The position numbers and the translations under genes were made by a program. This document shows, piece after piece, positions 18,699-29,422 of a stretch of DNA of 64,000 nt (position 1 is the first letter of the stretch; each line of letters starts with the position of its first letter). This stretch comes from an uncultured Muribaculaceae bacterium. GTDB lineage: Bacteria > Bacteroidota > Bacteroidia > Bacteroidales > UBA932. The notes beneath the pieces were generated by a model. That model saw only the letters and a list, made by a program, of their open reading frames with translations, ran no database searches and was not told the DNA's origin. The DNA is taken from the NCBI GenBank assembly GCA_964571395.1, contig CAZNBA010000001.1, forward strand, positions 91 to 64,090, in the 5' to 3' direction.

Positions 18699-20978
18699 AT
18701 GAGAAATAGAAAGATCCTCGTCTACGGTTCGGTTGCCGTAATAATATTGATTGCTGCAATAGTGGTTTTATTGCTCCATCTTTTCCCTGTTAATAAAACT
18801 CCTGCTCAGGTGAGAAAGAGTGGGAATATGGAGTTATTCAGAGCAATACCGAGTGACGCAATAATGGTTTGCGATTTCAGATCGCCGGAGGAGTTTATCA
18901 ATGCAATTGGCGATACCTCTTCAATTGGAGTAATCTTTGCTGGAAGTTCAAACGGACTGTTTTCTCTTCAGAAAAAAATTATAGAAAGTGATCTTTTTGT
19001 CGATAAGGATATGGTCTATTCACTCCACTATTCCTCAAAAAACAAGATATCATTTTTACAGATAGCAGATTTACCAGATGATTTATTGGATAAAGTTTCG
19101 GCTCTTGTGAGGAAACAGGAGTGTACGAGCAGAGCCTATATAGATGCTGTAATCTATTCTACTCCTGATTCCATAAATCTCTCCATGTATAAACATAAAT
19201 TACTTCTGAGTAGTTCTGCTTATGTTTTGGAGAGTTCCATAAGGCATCTCGACAATTCTACCTCCATAATGGATAGTCCCGATTTTAAGAGGGCTGTGGC
19301 AATGAGCAGTGCAGATAATACTGTCTATTTGAGAAATAGCCAGGCTGGTAAGATCTTTTCAGGAGTAACCGGCAGAAGTGCATGGAAGTATGCCGATTTT
19401 TTTCAAAAATTTTCATCCTGGAGCATTTATGAGGTGTCGCAGACTTCAAAAGCCATAATGCTTACAGGTCCGTTCATGAATACCGATAGTGATGCGAGTC
19501 AATCTTACGTATTTGCAGGGCAGAGGCCGCGAGAGAGTGGATACGGTGAGATAGTGCCATCCAATGCGATTTTTGTAGCGAGCCTCTCTATTTCCGATAT
19601 TAAAACCTACAGAAAGAGTTATTCGAGGTTTTTGGAGGCTAATAAGAGATTGCAGAGTTACCTTGCCAAGATAGATAATGTTGCTAAAAAAGGATTACTT
19701 ACTCCAGTGGAGTGGGCAGATACCATAAATATTCAGGAGGTTGTTGGTGCTCTGTGTGTGGATGATGATAAATATGAATGGATCACTGCTGTGAGGACCT
19801 CCTCTTCTTACGCAAGAAAACTGATGGGAGAGAACAATATTATAGAATATTATCCGTATAAACACTATGTTGCCTCTGTTTTTGGCGGATTATTTGATAA
19901 ATGCAATGAGGAGAGTTTTGTTAGGGTTGGCTCATGGTTAATAATTGGTCCGCGTGCACTGCTTGGTAAAATTATCTCTGAAGATTATATGTATATAAAT
20001 CTGAAGGATTATCTTTCTCAGACAAAGGCCTCCGATTTTCTAACAAAGGAGAGTGTGGCTAAGGTATTTGTAAATATCTCTGAGAACCGCGATTCCATTG
20101 CAAAAAATATCTTGCCGTATATTGGGACAACTCTTTCTAATAAGACTTTCGATAAAAATAATATTGTATTTCTTACAGCTAATGTTACAAACGGAGAGTC
20201 CGGTCTTGGAGGTGAGATTGCTCTGTTGGTGGAAAATGTAAACAATATTACAAGGGTTCGCAGTCAGAAGAGAAAGGATTCGAATAGTAAGGTTTCGGTT
20301 GAGGAGGTTAAGTTCAAACCTCACGCAGGCCCCTATCTCCTTAAAGATTTTGTGAACGGAGGCAATTGTACGCTTACTCAGAATGACAATAACAGTTTGC
20401 AGTACACGATAGCGAGCGGTAAATCCAATTGGACTATTGCCTTTCCATCTAAATTGGCAGGCAAGGTTGTTCAAGCAGATCTTTATAAAAATAAAAAGTT
20501 GCAGATGATTTTTGTTTCTGGTAATAAACTGTATGCTTTGGATAGGTTGGGACGTTTTGTGGAGGGTTATCCGATTTCGCTGCAGAAGAAGGTTGCTTTC
20601 GGTCCGGAACTTTATGATGTGGATGGCAATAAGACTTATCTTGTTTCTGTTATCAATACAGACAATACTATATCTGTTTACAATATAGGAGGAGGAAGAC
20701 CAAAAGGGTGGAGAGATATAGAGGCAGGTGAGCCTGTCCTTAAATTACCGGAGTTGTGGACTATCGGATCCAAAAAGTTCTGGGTGGTTAGAACGACTTC
20801 TCAAACAAGGATATATGCCTTTAACGGAGTGGAAATAACAGGAAAGAAGAGGCGTAGAGAGATAGATACTGCAAGTAGGTTCAAATTTATGGGGACCGAT
20901 GAGATTGGCGTAAAATGTGTAGACGGTAAGGAGTATATACTTAATCTCAAGAGTTCGGAGTTTAAAAAGAAGAGGTAG
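18699..20978 (+). CDS. Hypothetical membrane-anchored protein (759 aa), possibly DUF3352-like, with C-terminal beta-propeller-like repeats
   Basis: Single N-terminal TM helix (ILVYGSVAVIILIAAIVVLLLHLF) and a long unassigned ectodomain. The C-terminal ~200 aa carry blade-like segments LYALDRLGRFVEGYP and LYDVDGNKTYLVSVINTDNTISVYN. Confidence 0.5.
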   Translation: MRNRKILVYGSVAVIILIAAIVVLLLHLFPVNKTPAQVRKSGNMELFRAIPSDAIMVCDFRSPEEFINAIGDTSSIGVIFAGSSNGLFSLQKKIIESDLFVDKDMVYSLHYSSKNKISFLQIADLPDDLLDKVSALVRKQECTSRAYIDAVIYSTPDSINLSMYKHKLLLSSSAYVLESSIRHLDNSTSIMDSPDFKRAVAMSSADNTVYLRNSQAGKIFSGVTGRSAWKYADFFQKFSSWSIYEVSQTSKAIMLTGPFMNTDSDASQSYVFAGQRPRESGYGEIVPSNAIFVASLSISDIKTYRKSYSRFLEANKRLQSYLAKIDNVAKKGLLTPVEWADTINIQEVVGALCVDDDKYEWITAVRTSSSYARKLMGENNIIEYYPYKHYVASVFGGLFDKCNEESFVRVGSWLIIGPRALLGKIISEDYMYINLKDYLSQTKASDFLTKESVAKVFVNISENRDSIAKNILPYIGTTLSNKTFDKNNIVFLTANVTNGESGLGGEIALLVENVNNITRVRSQKRKDSNSKVSVEEVKFKPHAGPYLLKDFVNGGNCTLTQNDNNSLQYTIASGKSNWTIAFPSKLAGKVVQADLYKNKKLQMIFVSGNKLYALDRLGRFVEGYPISLQKKVAFGPELYDVDGNKTYLVSVINTDNTISVYNIGGGRPKGWRDIEAGEPVLKLPELWTIGSKKFWVVRTTSQTRIYAFNGVEITGKKRRREIDTASRFKFMGTDEIGVKCVDGKEYILNLKSSEFKKKR

Positions 20979-20981
20979 ACA

Positions 20982-21242
20982 ATGGAATTTTTTCTAACAC
21001 TTGTAATAGTATTAATTATTGTTTTCTGGTTGCTCGGGAAGTTTTTGCCAAGGTTGCTTGTGTGGTATATCGGGAAAAAGTTCGGTGCAGGCACTGCACA
21101 TACTCAGGGTTTTAACAGAGATGGAAACGAGGAACCGGCAGGGAAGGAGGGAGATGTCACGGTTTCCAAGATTGAAGAGAGGGGGAAGGTGATAGAGAAG
21201 GAGATGGGAGAATATATAGATTACGAGGAGGAGAAAAACTGA
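20982..21242 (+). CDS. Small single-pass membrane protein, DUF4834-like
   Basis: 86 aa. N-terminal TM helix (FFLTLVIVLIIVFWLLG), a charged linker and the C-terminal tail GEYIDYEEEKN, which is typical of DUF4834 as I recall it. Confidence 0.5.
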   Translation: MEFFLTLVIVLIIVFWLLGKFLPRLLVWYIGKKFGAGTAHTQGFNRDGNEEPAGKEGDVTVSKIEERGKVIEKEMGEYIDYEEEKN

Positions 21243-21249
21243 TAAAATT

Positions 21250-23079
21250 ATGAATTCATTCAAAAGACTATTGGCTTATGCGAAGCCGTATAAAAGATTT
21301 TGGCCTGGATATCTTGTCCTGTCAATAATCTCTGTAGTATTCAGCGTTGCAAATTATGCCCTTATTGAGCCGTTGCTTACAGTATTGTTTCAGCCTGAAA
21401 CTGTGAAGGCGCAGCATATAATGCCTGTATTTGCTCTTGATCCTAAATATTTTCAGGAGCTTTTTCAATTTTATCTTACAAAGGTTATGACGGCCAGCGG
21501 AATACTTTACGGCCTGTTGTTTGTCTGCATAATAATCATTATCGCCTCCCTTATTGCCAATCTTGCCAGATACTTGTCTCAACGTATTCTTGTAAATATG
21601 AGAACATATATAATGCAGAATATTCGCAGGGATCTTTTCCAAAAAATAAGCAGTTTAAATGTGGGCTATTTCAATAATCAAAAGAAGGGAGATATACTCT
21701 CCTGTATCTCAAGCGATGTGACTGAGGTGCAGAATGGGGTGGCAAACAGTTTTCATGTATTGTTTCGTGAGCCGCTCCTTATTATAGGCTTCCTTGCAGG
21801 TCTTTTTTATATGTCTCCCAAACTTACGATTGTGACACTTCTGACCCTTCCTTTTTCTGCAATAATAATTGGAAATATAAGCCGAAAACTTAAGCGAGGT
21901 GCTATTACAACGCAGTCTCTTATGGGCAAGATTGTAAGTCACTTTGAGGAAGCTATCTCGGGAATAAGAATAATCAAAGCCTTTAATGCTACCAGATTCG
22001 TTAATAATAATTTTGAAAAGACAAATAACCAGCATAAGTTGAGTAGCCGCTCAATGTTTAACAGGCAGGAGATGGCCTCCCCCCTCTCGGAGTTCCTTGG
22101 AATTTCTGTTGCAGCGGCCGTTTTGTTTTATGGGGGATGGCTGAAAATTCATGGTCAGTTGGGAATGGCAATGCCTGCTTTTGTGGTTTACATTGGTTTT
22201 TATTGGAGAGTACTTGAGCCGGCCAAAGCAATTTCGAGTGCCTATGCAAGTATTCAGAGAGGCTTGGTTTCTGGGAACAGACTTTTTGCAATATTGGATG
22301 TAAAGAATCCTATAGTTGAGAAAACAGAGGCTGTTGAACTTAAGAATTTTGAAAAGTCAATAGAATTTTGTAATGTTAACTTTAGTTATAACCCCGATAG
22401 ACCTGTCCTTAAGGGGATTAATCTTGTGGTTCCCAAGGGGAAGATGGTTGCCATTGTCGGGCCCTCAGGAGGAGGAAAATCCACCATGGCAGATCTATTG
22501 CCAAGGTTCTATGATGTGATTGACGGCGAGATCCTGCTCGACGGCCGCAACATTAAGGATTATAAGCTCAACGATCTTGTCTCTCAAATGGGAATAGTTA
22601 CGCAGGAGGCAATACTCTTTAATGACTCGGTGTATAATAACATTGCTTTTGGAATGGAAAATGTTACTGCAGATCAGGTTTACACAGCTGCCAAGATTGC
22701 GAATGCCGATGAATTCATAAGAGAGATGGCGGATGGATACGAGACCAATATCGGAGACAGAGGAGCCAAACTTTCAGGCGGACAACGTCAAAGAATAGCT
22801 ATTGCGAGAGCAGTTTTAAAGAATCCTCCGATACTTATTCTTGATGAGGCCACATCGGCGCTTGATACAGAGAGCGAACGTCTTGTACAAGATGCTCTTA
22901 CAAATTTGATGAAAAACAGAACTTCAATTGTGATTGCCCACAGGCTCTCTACAATTCAGCATGCGGATGAGATTGTTGTGTTGCAGGGAGGCACTATTGT
23001 CGAACGCGGGAAGCATGACATGCTGATTGCAGAGGGAGGTGTTTACTCGCATTTATGTAAATTACAGCAATTTAGTTAG
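21250..23079 (+). CDS. ABC transporter permease/ATPase half-transporter, MsbA-like
   Basis: 609 aa. N-terminal 6-TM domain, Walker A GPSGGGKST, signature LSGGQRQR and Walker B ILILDEATS. Confidence 0.9.
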   Translation: MNSFKRLLAYAKPYKRFWPGYLVLSIISVVFSVANYALIEPLLTVLFQPETVKAQHIMPVFALDPKYFQELFQFYLTKVMTASGILYGLLFVCIIIIIASLIANLARYLSQRILVNMRTYIMQNIRRDLFQKISSLNVGYFNNQKKGDILSCISSDVTEVQNGVANSFHVLFREPLLIIGFLAGLFYMSPKLTIVTLLTLPFSAIIIGNISRKLKRGAITTQSLMGKIVSHFEEAISGIRIIKAFNATRFVNNNFEKTNNQHKLSSRSMFNRQEMASPLSEFLGISVAAAVLFYGGWLKIHGQLGMAMPAFVVYIGFYWRVLEPAKAISSAYASIQRGLVSGNRLFAILDVKNPIVEKTEAVELKNFEKSIEFCNVNFSYNPDRPVLKGINLVVPKGKMVAIVGPSGGGKSTMADLLPRFYDVIDGEILLDGRNIKDYKLNDLVSQMGIVTQEAILFNDSVYNNIAFGMENVTADQVYTAAKIANADEFIREMADGYETNIGDRGAKLSGGQRQRIAIARAVLKNPPILILDEATSALDTESERLVQDALTNLMKNRTSIVIAHRLSTIQHADEIVVLQGGTIVERGKHDMLIAEGGVYSHLCKLQQFS

Positions 23080-23094
23080 ATAATATTATATCTT

Positions 23095-24762
23095 ATGGAA
23101 GTATCATTAAATAAAATGTTTGAGGAGAGCGTGAAGAAGAATTGGGATTGTCCGGCTCTCTCAGACTACAAGGGAATCACGCTTCATTATCGTGATGTTG
23201 CAAGAAGAATCGAAAAATTACATATTATATTCAGCATGTGTGGATTGAACAAAGGTGACAAGGTTGCCATCTGTTCAAAGAACCAGGCTAATTGGGGTGT
23301 CGTTTTTATGTCCTGCCTAACCTATGGCGCCGTACCTGTACCCCTTTTGCATGAATTTAAGCCGGGAAATATCCACTATCTGGTCAATCATTCAGAGAGC
23401 CGTATATTGTTTGCTGGAGATGTGATGTGGGAAAATCTCTCTCAGAGTGAGATGCCGAATCTTGAGGCTGTAATACAGATTACTGATTTTTCTTTGCTTT
23501 ATGCCAATAAAGGTGAGATAATTCATGCAAGAGAGCACTTGAATGAGTTTTTCGGTCAAAAGTATCCGAGAAGTTTTTCTCCTGAAGATATACATTATTA
23601 TTATGAAGAATCTCCCGACAAGCTGGCAATGATAAATTATACATCAGGAACATCGGGGTTCTCGAAAGGGGTTATGATTCCGTACAGGGCATTAATCTCC
23701 AATGTGCTTTTTGCAATAGAGGTTGAACCGCATATGAATAATCAATCTAATGTGGTTTCCATGTTACCAACAGCTCATATGTATGGATTTATGTTTGAGT
23801 TTCTGTTTGAGATGATGGTTGGTGCTCACGTACATTTCCTGACAAGGATACCGAGTCCACGTATTATTGTTGAGGCGTTTGAGACAATTAAACCTAATAT
23901 CATAATCTCTGTACCGCTTATTATTGAAAAGATTTACCGTCAGAAACTGTTGCCTGTCATCAACAGGACAGATATGAAAGTTTTGCTTAAATTGCCTGTG
24001 ATAGACCAAAAGATAGAGGCGAGAATTAAGGATGAGCTTGTAAAGGCCTTTGGAGGAAGTTTTAAGGAGGTAATTGTTGGTGGTGCGGCATTTAATAAGG
24101 AGGCTGATGAGTTTTTCAAGAGAATAAAGTTCCCATATACTGTAGGTTATGGGATGACAGAATGTGCTCCAATAATTACTTATGCTCCGTTTGAAAAGAC
24201 AAAGCTTTTCTCATGCGGTAAGGCGGCTCCGAGAATGCAGATAAGAATTGATTCATCCGATGAACATAATGTTGCGGGTGAAATACAGGTTAAGGGAGAT
24301 AATGTAATGCTCGGTTATTACAAGAATAAGGAGGCTACTGCAGCCTCTTTCACAGATGACGGTTGGTTTAAGACAGGAGATATGGGAGTAATTGATTATG
24401 ATGGGTATCTTTTCATTAAGGGACGTTGCAAGAATATGATTCTCGGTCCTTCAGGTCAGAATATATATCCGGAGGAGATTGAGAGTATGGTAAATAGTAT
24501 GCCTTATGTACTTGAATCTCTCGTTATTGATGATGTGGGTAAGCTCGTTGCTCTTATATACCCCGATATGGAACTTGCCGCAAGGGATAATATGAATCAC
24601 GCTGCGCTTAAAACAAGGCTTGATGAGAATATCGTTCTTCTCAATACCGAATTACCTGCTTATTCCCAGATTTCTGCGATAAAGATTATGCCGGAGGAGT
24701 TTGAGAAGACTCCTAAGAGAAGTATAAAGAGATATATGTATCAAAATGATTTTGTGGGTTAA
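23095..24762 (+). CDS. AMP-forming acyl-CoA ligase family protein (long-chain fatty acid CoA ligase-like)
   Basis: YTSGTSGFSKGV (AMP motif), GYGMTE and WFKTGDMG motifs. Confidence 0.8.
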   Translation: MEVSLNKMFEESVKKNWDCPALSDYKGITLHYRDVARRIEKLHIIFSMCGLNKGDKVAICSKNQANWGVVFMSCLTYGAVPVPLLHEFKPGNIHYLVNHSESRILFAGDVMWENLSQSEMPNLEAVIQITDFSLLYANKGEIIHAREHLNEFFGQKYPRSFSPEDIHYYYEESPDKLAMINYTSGTSGFSKGVMIPYRALISNVLFAIEVEPHMNNQSNVVSMLPTAHMYGFMFEFLFEMMVGAHVHFLTRIPSPRIIVEAFETIKPNIIISVPLIIEKIYRQKLLPVINRTDMKVLLKLPVIDQKIEARIKDELVKAFGGSFKEVIVGGAAFNKEADEFFKRIKFPYTVGYGMTECAPIITYAPFEKTKLFSCGKAAPRMQIRIDSSDEHNVAGEIQVKGDNVMLGYYKNKEATAASFTDDGWFKTGDMGVIDYDGYLFIKGRCKNMILGPSGQNIYPEEIESMVNSMPYVLESLVIDDVGKLVALIYPDMELAARDNMNHAALKTRLDENIVLLNTELPAYSQISAIKIMPEEFEKTPKRSIKRYMYQNDFVG

Positions 24763-24784
24763 TCTACTGTAAATTAATGGATTT

Positions 24785-25204
24785 ATGGATAGTAAACAAT
24801 TAAAGTTCGATAGAAGCTACCTTGAGATGGCCAAGATTTGGGCAAAAAATTCCTATTGCGAAAGGAGACAGGTTGGTGCGCTGATTGTCAAGGATAAAAT
24901 GATTATTTCTGATGGTTATAATGGAACACCGTCCGGGTTCGAGAATGTGTGTGAAGATGCAGAGGGTAAGACTAAGCCGTACGTGCTTCATGCGGAGGCG
25001 AATGCGATTACAAAAGTTGCAAAATCCAACAACTCAAGTGATGGGGCAACATTGTATGTGACAGCTGCTCCTTGTTTGGAGTGTTCGAAATTGATTATTC
25101 AATCGGGAATAAAGAGAGTTGTCTATATAGACAGTTACAGACTTACCGATGGTATTGATCTGCTTGAAAGAGCCGGAATTGAGGTGGTACAGATTTTTGT
25201 ATAG
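24785..25204 (+). CDS. Deoxycytidylate (dCMP) deaminase
   Basis: 139 aa. HAEANAI and PCLECSKLI zinc motifs, and NGTPSG. Confidence 0.85.
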   Translation: MDSKQLKFDRSYLEMAKIWAKNSYCERRQVGALIVKDKMIISDGYNGTPSGFENVCEDAEGKTKPYVLHAEANAITKVAKSNNSSDGATLYVTAAPCLECSKLIIQSGIKRVVYIDSYRLTDGIDLLERAGIEVVQIFV

Positions 25205-25231
25205 AGTTGTCGGGATACTAAATTAAAGGAA

Positions 25232-26842
25232 ATGAGTAAATTCTTTGAAAAGCTGAAAGGCATTAATTGGTTTGTTGCAATAATATTGGCCTTGCTGATT
25301 GTTGTTATTTCTAATATTATTAATAATTATACCGGGAAGAGAGAACTTTCCGTTGGTAATCACAAGTGGGATAAATTGCTTCTTATTTTAGATGAGATAG
25401 AAAAAAATTATGTGGATACGGTTGATTACAAGAAGCTTGTTGAGTCTTCGCTGCCTGCAATCATGCAAAATCTCGATCCTCATTCCACCTATCTTCCCCC
25501 TCAAGAGCTTGAGGATGCAGAGGAATCGCTGGAGGGGAATTTCAGCGGTATCGGAGTTCAATTTAATGTACCTAACGATACGGCAATAATAATAAATGTC
25601 ATTTCAGGGGGGCCATCTGAAAAGGTTGGCATATTGTCTGGAGATAGAATAATTAAAGTTAACGGGAAAAACGTTGCGGGAGTAAAATTTAATCAGGATT
25701 CCCTTGTCAAGTTGTTGAAGGGCCCTATCGGTACAAATGTGGATGTAGAGATGCGCAGGTCAGGAGTATCGGAGTTTTTGCAATTTAAGATAAAGAGAGA
25801 TAAAATTCCATTGAAGAGCCTTGATGCTGCCTTCATGCTTAAGGAGGGTGTAGGATATATTAAGTTGTCGAAGTTCTCGAAAACAACATATGCCGAATTT
25901 GATAAGGCCGCACAAAAACTTAAAAAGGCCGGGATGAAGGAGTTGATTTTTGATTTACGAGATAATACCGGAGGCTACTTGGATCAGGCTCTGATGATTT
26001 CAAACGAATTTCTGCCAAAGGGAGCGCTTGTTGTTTATTTAAAGGGAGTTCACCGTAGTAGGCAGGATTTTTACGCCGACGGCACAGGTAAATGCAAGGG
26101 TATAATACTTTATGTTTTGATAAATGAGAATACTGCCTCTTCTTCCGAAATCTTTACCGGAGCAATGCAGGACAACGACAGAGCTTTGATTCTGGGGCGC
26201 AGATCTTACGGGAAGGGATTAGTGCAGGAGCCTATTTATTTTTCCGATAAGTCAGGTATAAGACTTACTGTTGCAAGATATTATACTCCAACAGGCCGAT
26301 CTATTCAGAAGCCTTATTCAGAAGATTATCAATATGATATTTTTGAGAGATACAAACACGGAGAGATGACTGTTGCCGATAGCATAAAGAAAGATGTTAA
26401 GTTAAAATATAAAACACCGAAAGGCAAAGTGGTATATGGCGGAGGAGGAATAATTCCAGATGTATTTGTCCCTTTAGATACGCTTGGAATAACAAATTTC
26501 CTTATAGAATGTAATAAAAAAAGCCTGCAGATAAAATTTAGTAATAAAATTGCAGATAAGTACCGTGCGCAGTTAAGGAGCATAAAGACATTAACGCAAC
26601 TCGATGCACTTTTGTCGTCTATGAAGATAGAGACTAATTTCCTTGCCTTTGCAAAAACCAACGGGGTTATTGCAAAAAGTAATGAGTGGAACGCCTCAAA
26701 AGAGATAATCGTAACTCAGATAGAGGGGCTTGTTGGGCGATATACTACTTTGGACGATGATGCCTTTTATCCGTATATTCTTAAAACAGATAATCTTATA
26801 CATAAAACTTTGGAAATATTATCAATAAACAGAAAGAAATAA
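25232..26842 (+). CDS. S41 family C-terminal processing peptidase with PDZ domain
   Basis: N-terminal TM helix, PDZ segment GIGVQF...GGPSEKVGILSGDRIIKVNG, and catalytic region LINENTASSSEIFTGAMQDN...GRRSYGKG. Confidence 0.85.
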   Translation: MSKFFEKLKGINWFVAIILALLIVVISNIINNYTGKRELSVGNHKWDKLLLILDEIEKNYVDTVDYKKLVESSLPAIMQNLDPHSTYLPPQELEDAEESLEGNFSGIGVQFNVPNDTAIIINVISGGPSEKVGILSGDRIIKVNGKNVAGVKFNQDSLVKLLKGPIGTNVDVEMRRSGVSEFLQFKIKRDKIPLKSLDAAFMLKEGVGYIKLSKFSKTTYAEFDKAAQKLKKAGMKELIFDLRDNTGGYLDQALMISNEFLPKGALVVYLKGVHRSRQDFYADGTGKCKGIILYVLINENTASSSEIFTGAMQDNDRALILGRRSYGKGLVQEPIYFSDKSGIRLTVARYYTPTGRSIQKPYSEDYQYDIFERYKHGEMTVADSIKKDVKLKYKTPKGKVVYGGGGIIPDVFVPLDTLGITNFLIECNKKSLQIKFSNKIADKYRAQLRSIKTLTQLDALLSSMKIETNFLAFAKTNGVIAKSNEWNASKEIIVTQIEGLVGRYTTLDDDAFYPYILKTDNLIHKTLEILSINRKK

Positions 26843-27279
26843 TGAAACAAATTATAGGAATGGCGGCTGATCATGCCGGTTATTTGATGAAAGAGGAGTT
26901 AAAACCTATGCTCCGGGAGATGGGTTATGAAATTAAAGATTTTGGAACTCATTCAGAAGAGAGTATGGATTATCCAGATGTGGCTCATCCTTTGGCAAAT
27001 GCAGTTGAAAATGGAGAGGTGTCCTTTGGCATTGCAATGTGCGGTTCAGGCAATGGAATCTCCATGACCGTTAATAAACATCAGGGTATCAGAGCGGCGT
27101 TATGTTGGAATCCTGAACTCGGTGCTTTGGCAAAGCAGCATAATAATGCGAATATTCTTACTCTTCCGGCAAGATTTATCTCCTTTGATGAGGCAAAAAG
27201 TGTGGTAAAGGCCTATATTAATGCCTCTTTTGAAGGTGGTAGACATCAGAGAAGAATAGACAAGATTGCCTGCAAATGA
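26842..27279 (+). CDS. rpiB: Ribose-5-phosphate isomerase B
   Basis: 145 aa. MAADHAGY, GIAMCGSGNGISMTVNKH and GGRHQRRIDKI. Confidence 0.9.
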   Translation: MKQIIGMAADHAGYLMKEELKPMLREMGYEIKDFGTHSEESMDYPDVAHPLANAVENGEVSFGIAMCGSGNGISMTVNKHQGIRAALCWNPELGALAKQHNNANILTLPARFISFDEAKSVVKAYINASFEGGRHQRRIDKIACK

Positions 27280-28019
27280 TAGTGGATGGAATACCTGTTT
27301 TTGACAAGAGCAATATTGGTGAACTCAAAAACAACCTTGAATTATATCCCAAAGGTTTCATTGTTCTGATAGATAAACCGTACAAGTGGACCTCAGCCGA
27401 TGCGGTGAGGAAAGTTAAATTTCTTTCTCAGAGGTTCTTTCATAAAAAATGGGTTAAAATAGGTCATGCTGGTACTTTGGATCCTCTGGCAACAGGAGTG
27501 CTTGTTCTCTGCATAGGGAATGCTACTAAAAAGGCTGAATTGCTTCAAGGCGGCGATAAAGAGTATGTTGCCGAGATAGAATTTGGTGCTACAACTCCCT
27601 CTTTTGACCTTGAGAAAGAGATAGATAACCGCTATCCATTTAAACATATAGCAAAAGGAGATGTAGAGGCTGCTTTAAAAAAATTTATTGGCATTCAGGA
27701 GCAGATACCTCCGAAATTTTCTGCAAAAATGATTGGAGGCGTAAGGGCATACGAGATGGCGAGAGCCGGTGAGGAGGTGGAGATGAAACCCTCAACAATA
27801 AGAATAGATTCGCTTGAAATATTGGAATTTTCTATGCCGTCCGTTAAGATTAAAATTAATTGCGGTAAAGGTACATATATTCGTTCTTTTGCAAGAGATT
27901 TGGGAGTTGAACTCTCCTCTGGAGCTCATTTGACTAACCTGCAACGTACTAAATCCGGTAATTTCATAATTGAAAATGCCGCCTCTCTCATGGATTTTGT
28001 AAATGTACTCGATAATTGA
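27276..28019 (+). CDS. truB: tRNA pseudouridine(55) synthase
   Basis: GHAGTLDPLATGVL catalytic Asp motif and IPPKFSAK. ATGA overlap with rpiB. Confidence 0.9.
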   Translation: MIVDGIPVFDKSNIGELKNNLELYPKGFIVLIDKPYKWTSADAVRKVKFLSQRFFHKKWVKIGHAGTLDPLATGVLVLCIGNATKKAELLQGGDKEYVAEIEFGATTPSFDLEKEIDNRYPFKHIAKGDVEAALKKFIGIQEQIPPKFSAKMIGGVRAYEMARAGEEVEMKPSTIRIDSLEILEFSMPSVKIKINCGKGTYIRSFARDLGVELSSGAHLTNLQRTKSGNFIIENAASLMDFVNVLDN

Positions 28020-28257
28020 ATTTTTTTTTTTAAAATGAAACTTTTATTTTTATTTATCGTATAATCATTACTTTGATTTTCGCTTAATGAGTATAATTTT
28101 TATAAAAATCTATTCTGAGCGAGTTTCTACTTTTTTAGAACAATAGCAGTTGTATGAACCGCACATGATTTTAATTTGGTCATAATTACTGAATACGTGA
28201 TTATAAGTAAGTTATTATGTCGGTTACTATATGCTGCACAAAATAAATAATTATTGA

Positions 28258-29307
28258 ATGAAACTATCACAATTTAATTTTTCACTTACGCAGGACAATA
28301 TTGCAAAGTATCCCTCCAAATTCAGAGACGAATGTAAACTTCTTGTTCTTCATAAAGATACCGGTGAGATAGAGCATAAACTTTTTAAGGATATTATTAA
28401 CTACGCTCAGGAGGGTGATGTTTTTGTATTAAACGATACAAAGGTTTTTCCGGCAAGACTGCACGGCAACAAGGAGAAGACTGGGGCCGATATTGAGGTA
28501 TTTTTATTGAGAGAGTTAAATGGAGAGCAACGCCTCTGGGATGTATTGGTGGACCCTGCAAGGAAGATAAGAATTGGGAATAAACTCTATTTTGGAGATA
28601 ATGATACACTTGTAGCTGAGGTGATTGATAATACAACATCTCGCGGAAGAACATTGCGCTTTTTATACGATGGCCCGTATGACGAATTTAAACGCACATT
28701 GTTCGGAGTAGGCCAGATACCTGTACCTAAATGGATTAGGGCAGTGCCTGAACCAATTGATCTTGAGCGTTTTCAAACCATTTATGCAAAGAATGAGGGC
28801 GCTGTTGCAACACCTGCGGCAGGACTTCATTTTAGCCGAGAACTTTTTAAACGCATGGAAATAAAGGGGGTTGATACGGCCTATTTAACTCTTCATATGG
28901 GACTTGGACACTTCCGTACCGTGGATGTTGAGGATCTTTCAAAGCATAAGATGGATTCTGAACAGATGTTTATTCCTGACGAGACTGCATCAAAAATTAA
29001 TAGTGCAAAACAGCAAAAACATAAGATATTTGCGGTCGGAATTACTGTAATGAGGGCTTTGGAGACACCTGTAACAACGCAGGCTGAGATTAAACCCTAT
29101 AGCGGTTGGACAAACAAGTTTATCTTTCCGCCCTATTCTTTCTCTATTCCCGATGCTTTTGTAACAAATTTTCACCTGCCACTCTCTACAATGCTTATGT
29201 CCGTTGCTGCTTTTGGCGGATTTGAATATGTTATGAATGCATATAAGGTTGCCATAAAAGAGAATTATAAATTTGGTACGTATGGTGATGCAATGTTGAT
29301 TGTTTGA
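28258..29307 (+). CDS. queA: S-adenosylmethionine:tRNA ribosyltransferase-isomerase
   Basis: 349 aa. [34 protein letters not shown] and [12 protein letters not shown]. Confidence 0.95.
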   Translation: MKLSQFNFSLTQDNIAKYPSKFRDECKLLVLHKDTGEIEHKLFKDIINYAQEGDVFVLNDTKVFPARLHGNKEKTGADIEVFLLRELNGEQRLWDVLVDPARKIRIGNKLYFGDNDTLVAEVIDNTTSRGRTLRFLYDGPYDEFKRTLFGVGQIPVPKWIRAVPEPIDLERFQTIYAKNEGAVATPAAGLHFSRELFKRMEIKGVDTAYLTLHMGLGHFRTVDVEDLSKHKMDSEQMFIPDETASKINSAKQQKHKIFAVGITVMRALETPVTTQAEIKPYSGWTNKFIFPPYSFSIPDAFVTNFHLPLSTMLMSVAAFGGFEYVMNAYKVAIKENYKFGTYGDAMLIV

Positions 29308-29331
29308 TCATTTTATAAAAAAAAATTAATG

Positions 29332-29371
29332 GTAGCCCGGCGTAAATTCAAAATTTTTTACGTCGGGTTAC
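29332..29371 (+). terminator. Hairpin downstream of queA
   Basis: GTAGCCCGGCGTAAA (29332-29346) pairs with TTTACGTCGGGTTAC (29357-29371): a 15-bp stem with two G-U pairs. There is no clean T-run afterwards. Confidence 0.45.
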
Positions 29372-29422
29372 TATATTTATCTCACTTAAGATTATCATTG
29401 TACTATTTTAATTGAAATAGCA

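Noticed and set aside
21012-21263. 83-aa minus-strand ORF overlapping the DUF4834-like gene.
   Set aside because: The plus-strand ORF fits the tight same-strand operon spacing and has a TM helix plus the characteristic acidic tail. The minus-strand ORF is antisense filler.
28021-28031. T11 homopolymer immediately after the truB stop, considered as a possible phase-variation tract.
   Set aside because: It is intergenic, not within a promoter spacer or a coding region. More likely it is the U-tract of a weak terminator or simple AT-rich spacer.
28035-28064. 9-codon hydrophobic mini-ORF (MKLLFLFIV) in the truB-queA spacer, considered as a possible leader peptide.
   Set aside because: It is too short to evaluate, the region is AT-rich and such ORFs arise by chance, and there is no associated attenuator structure.
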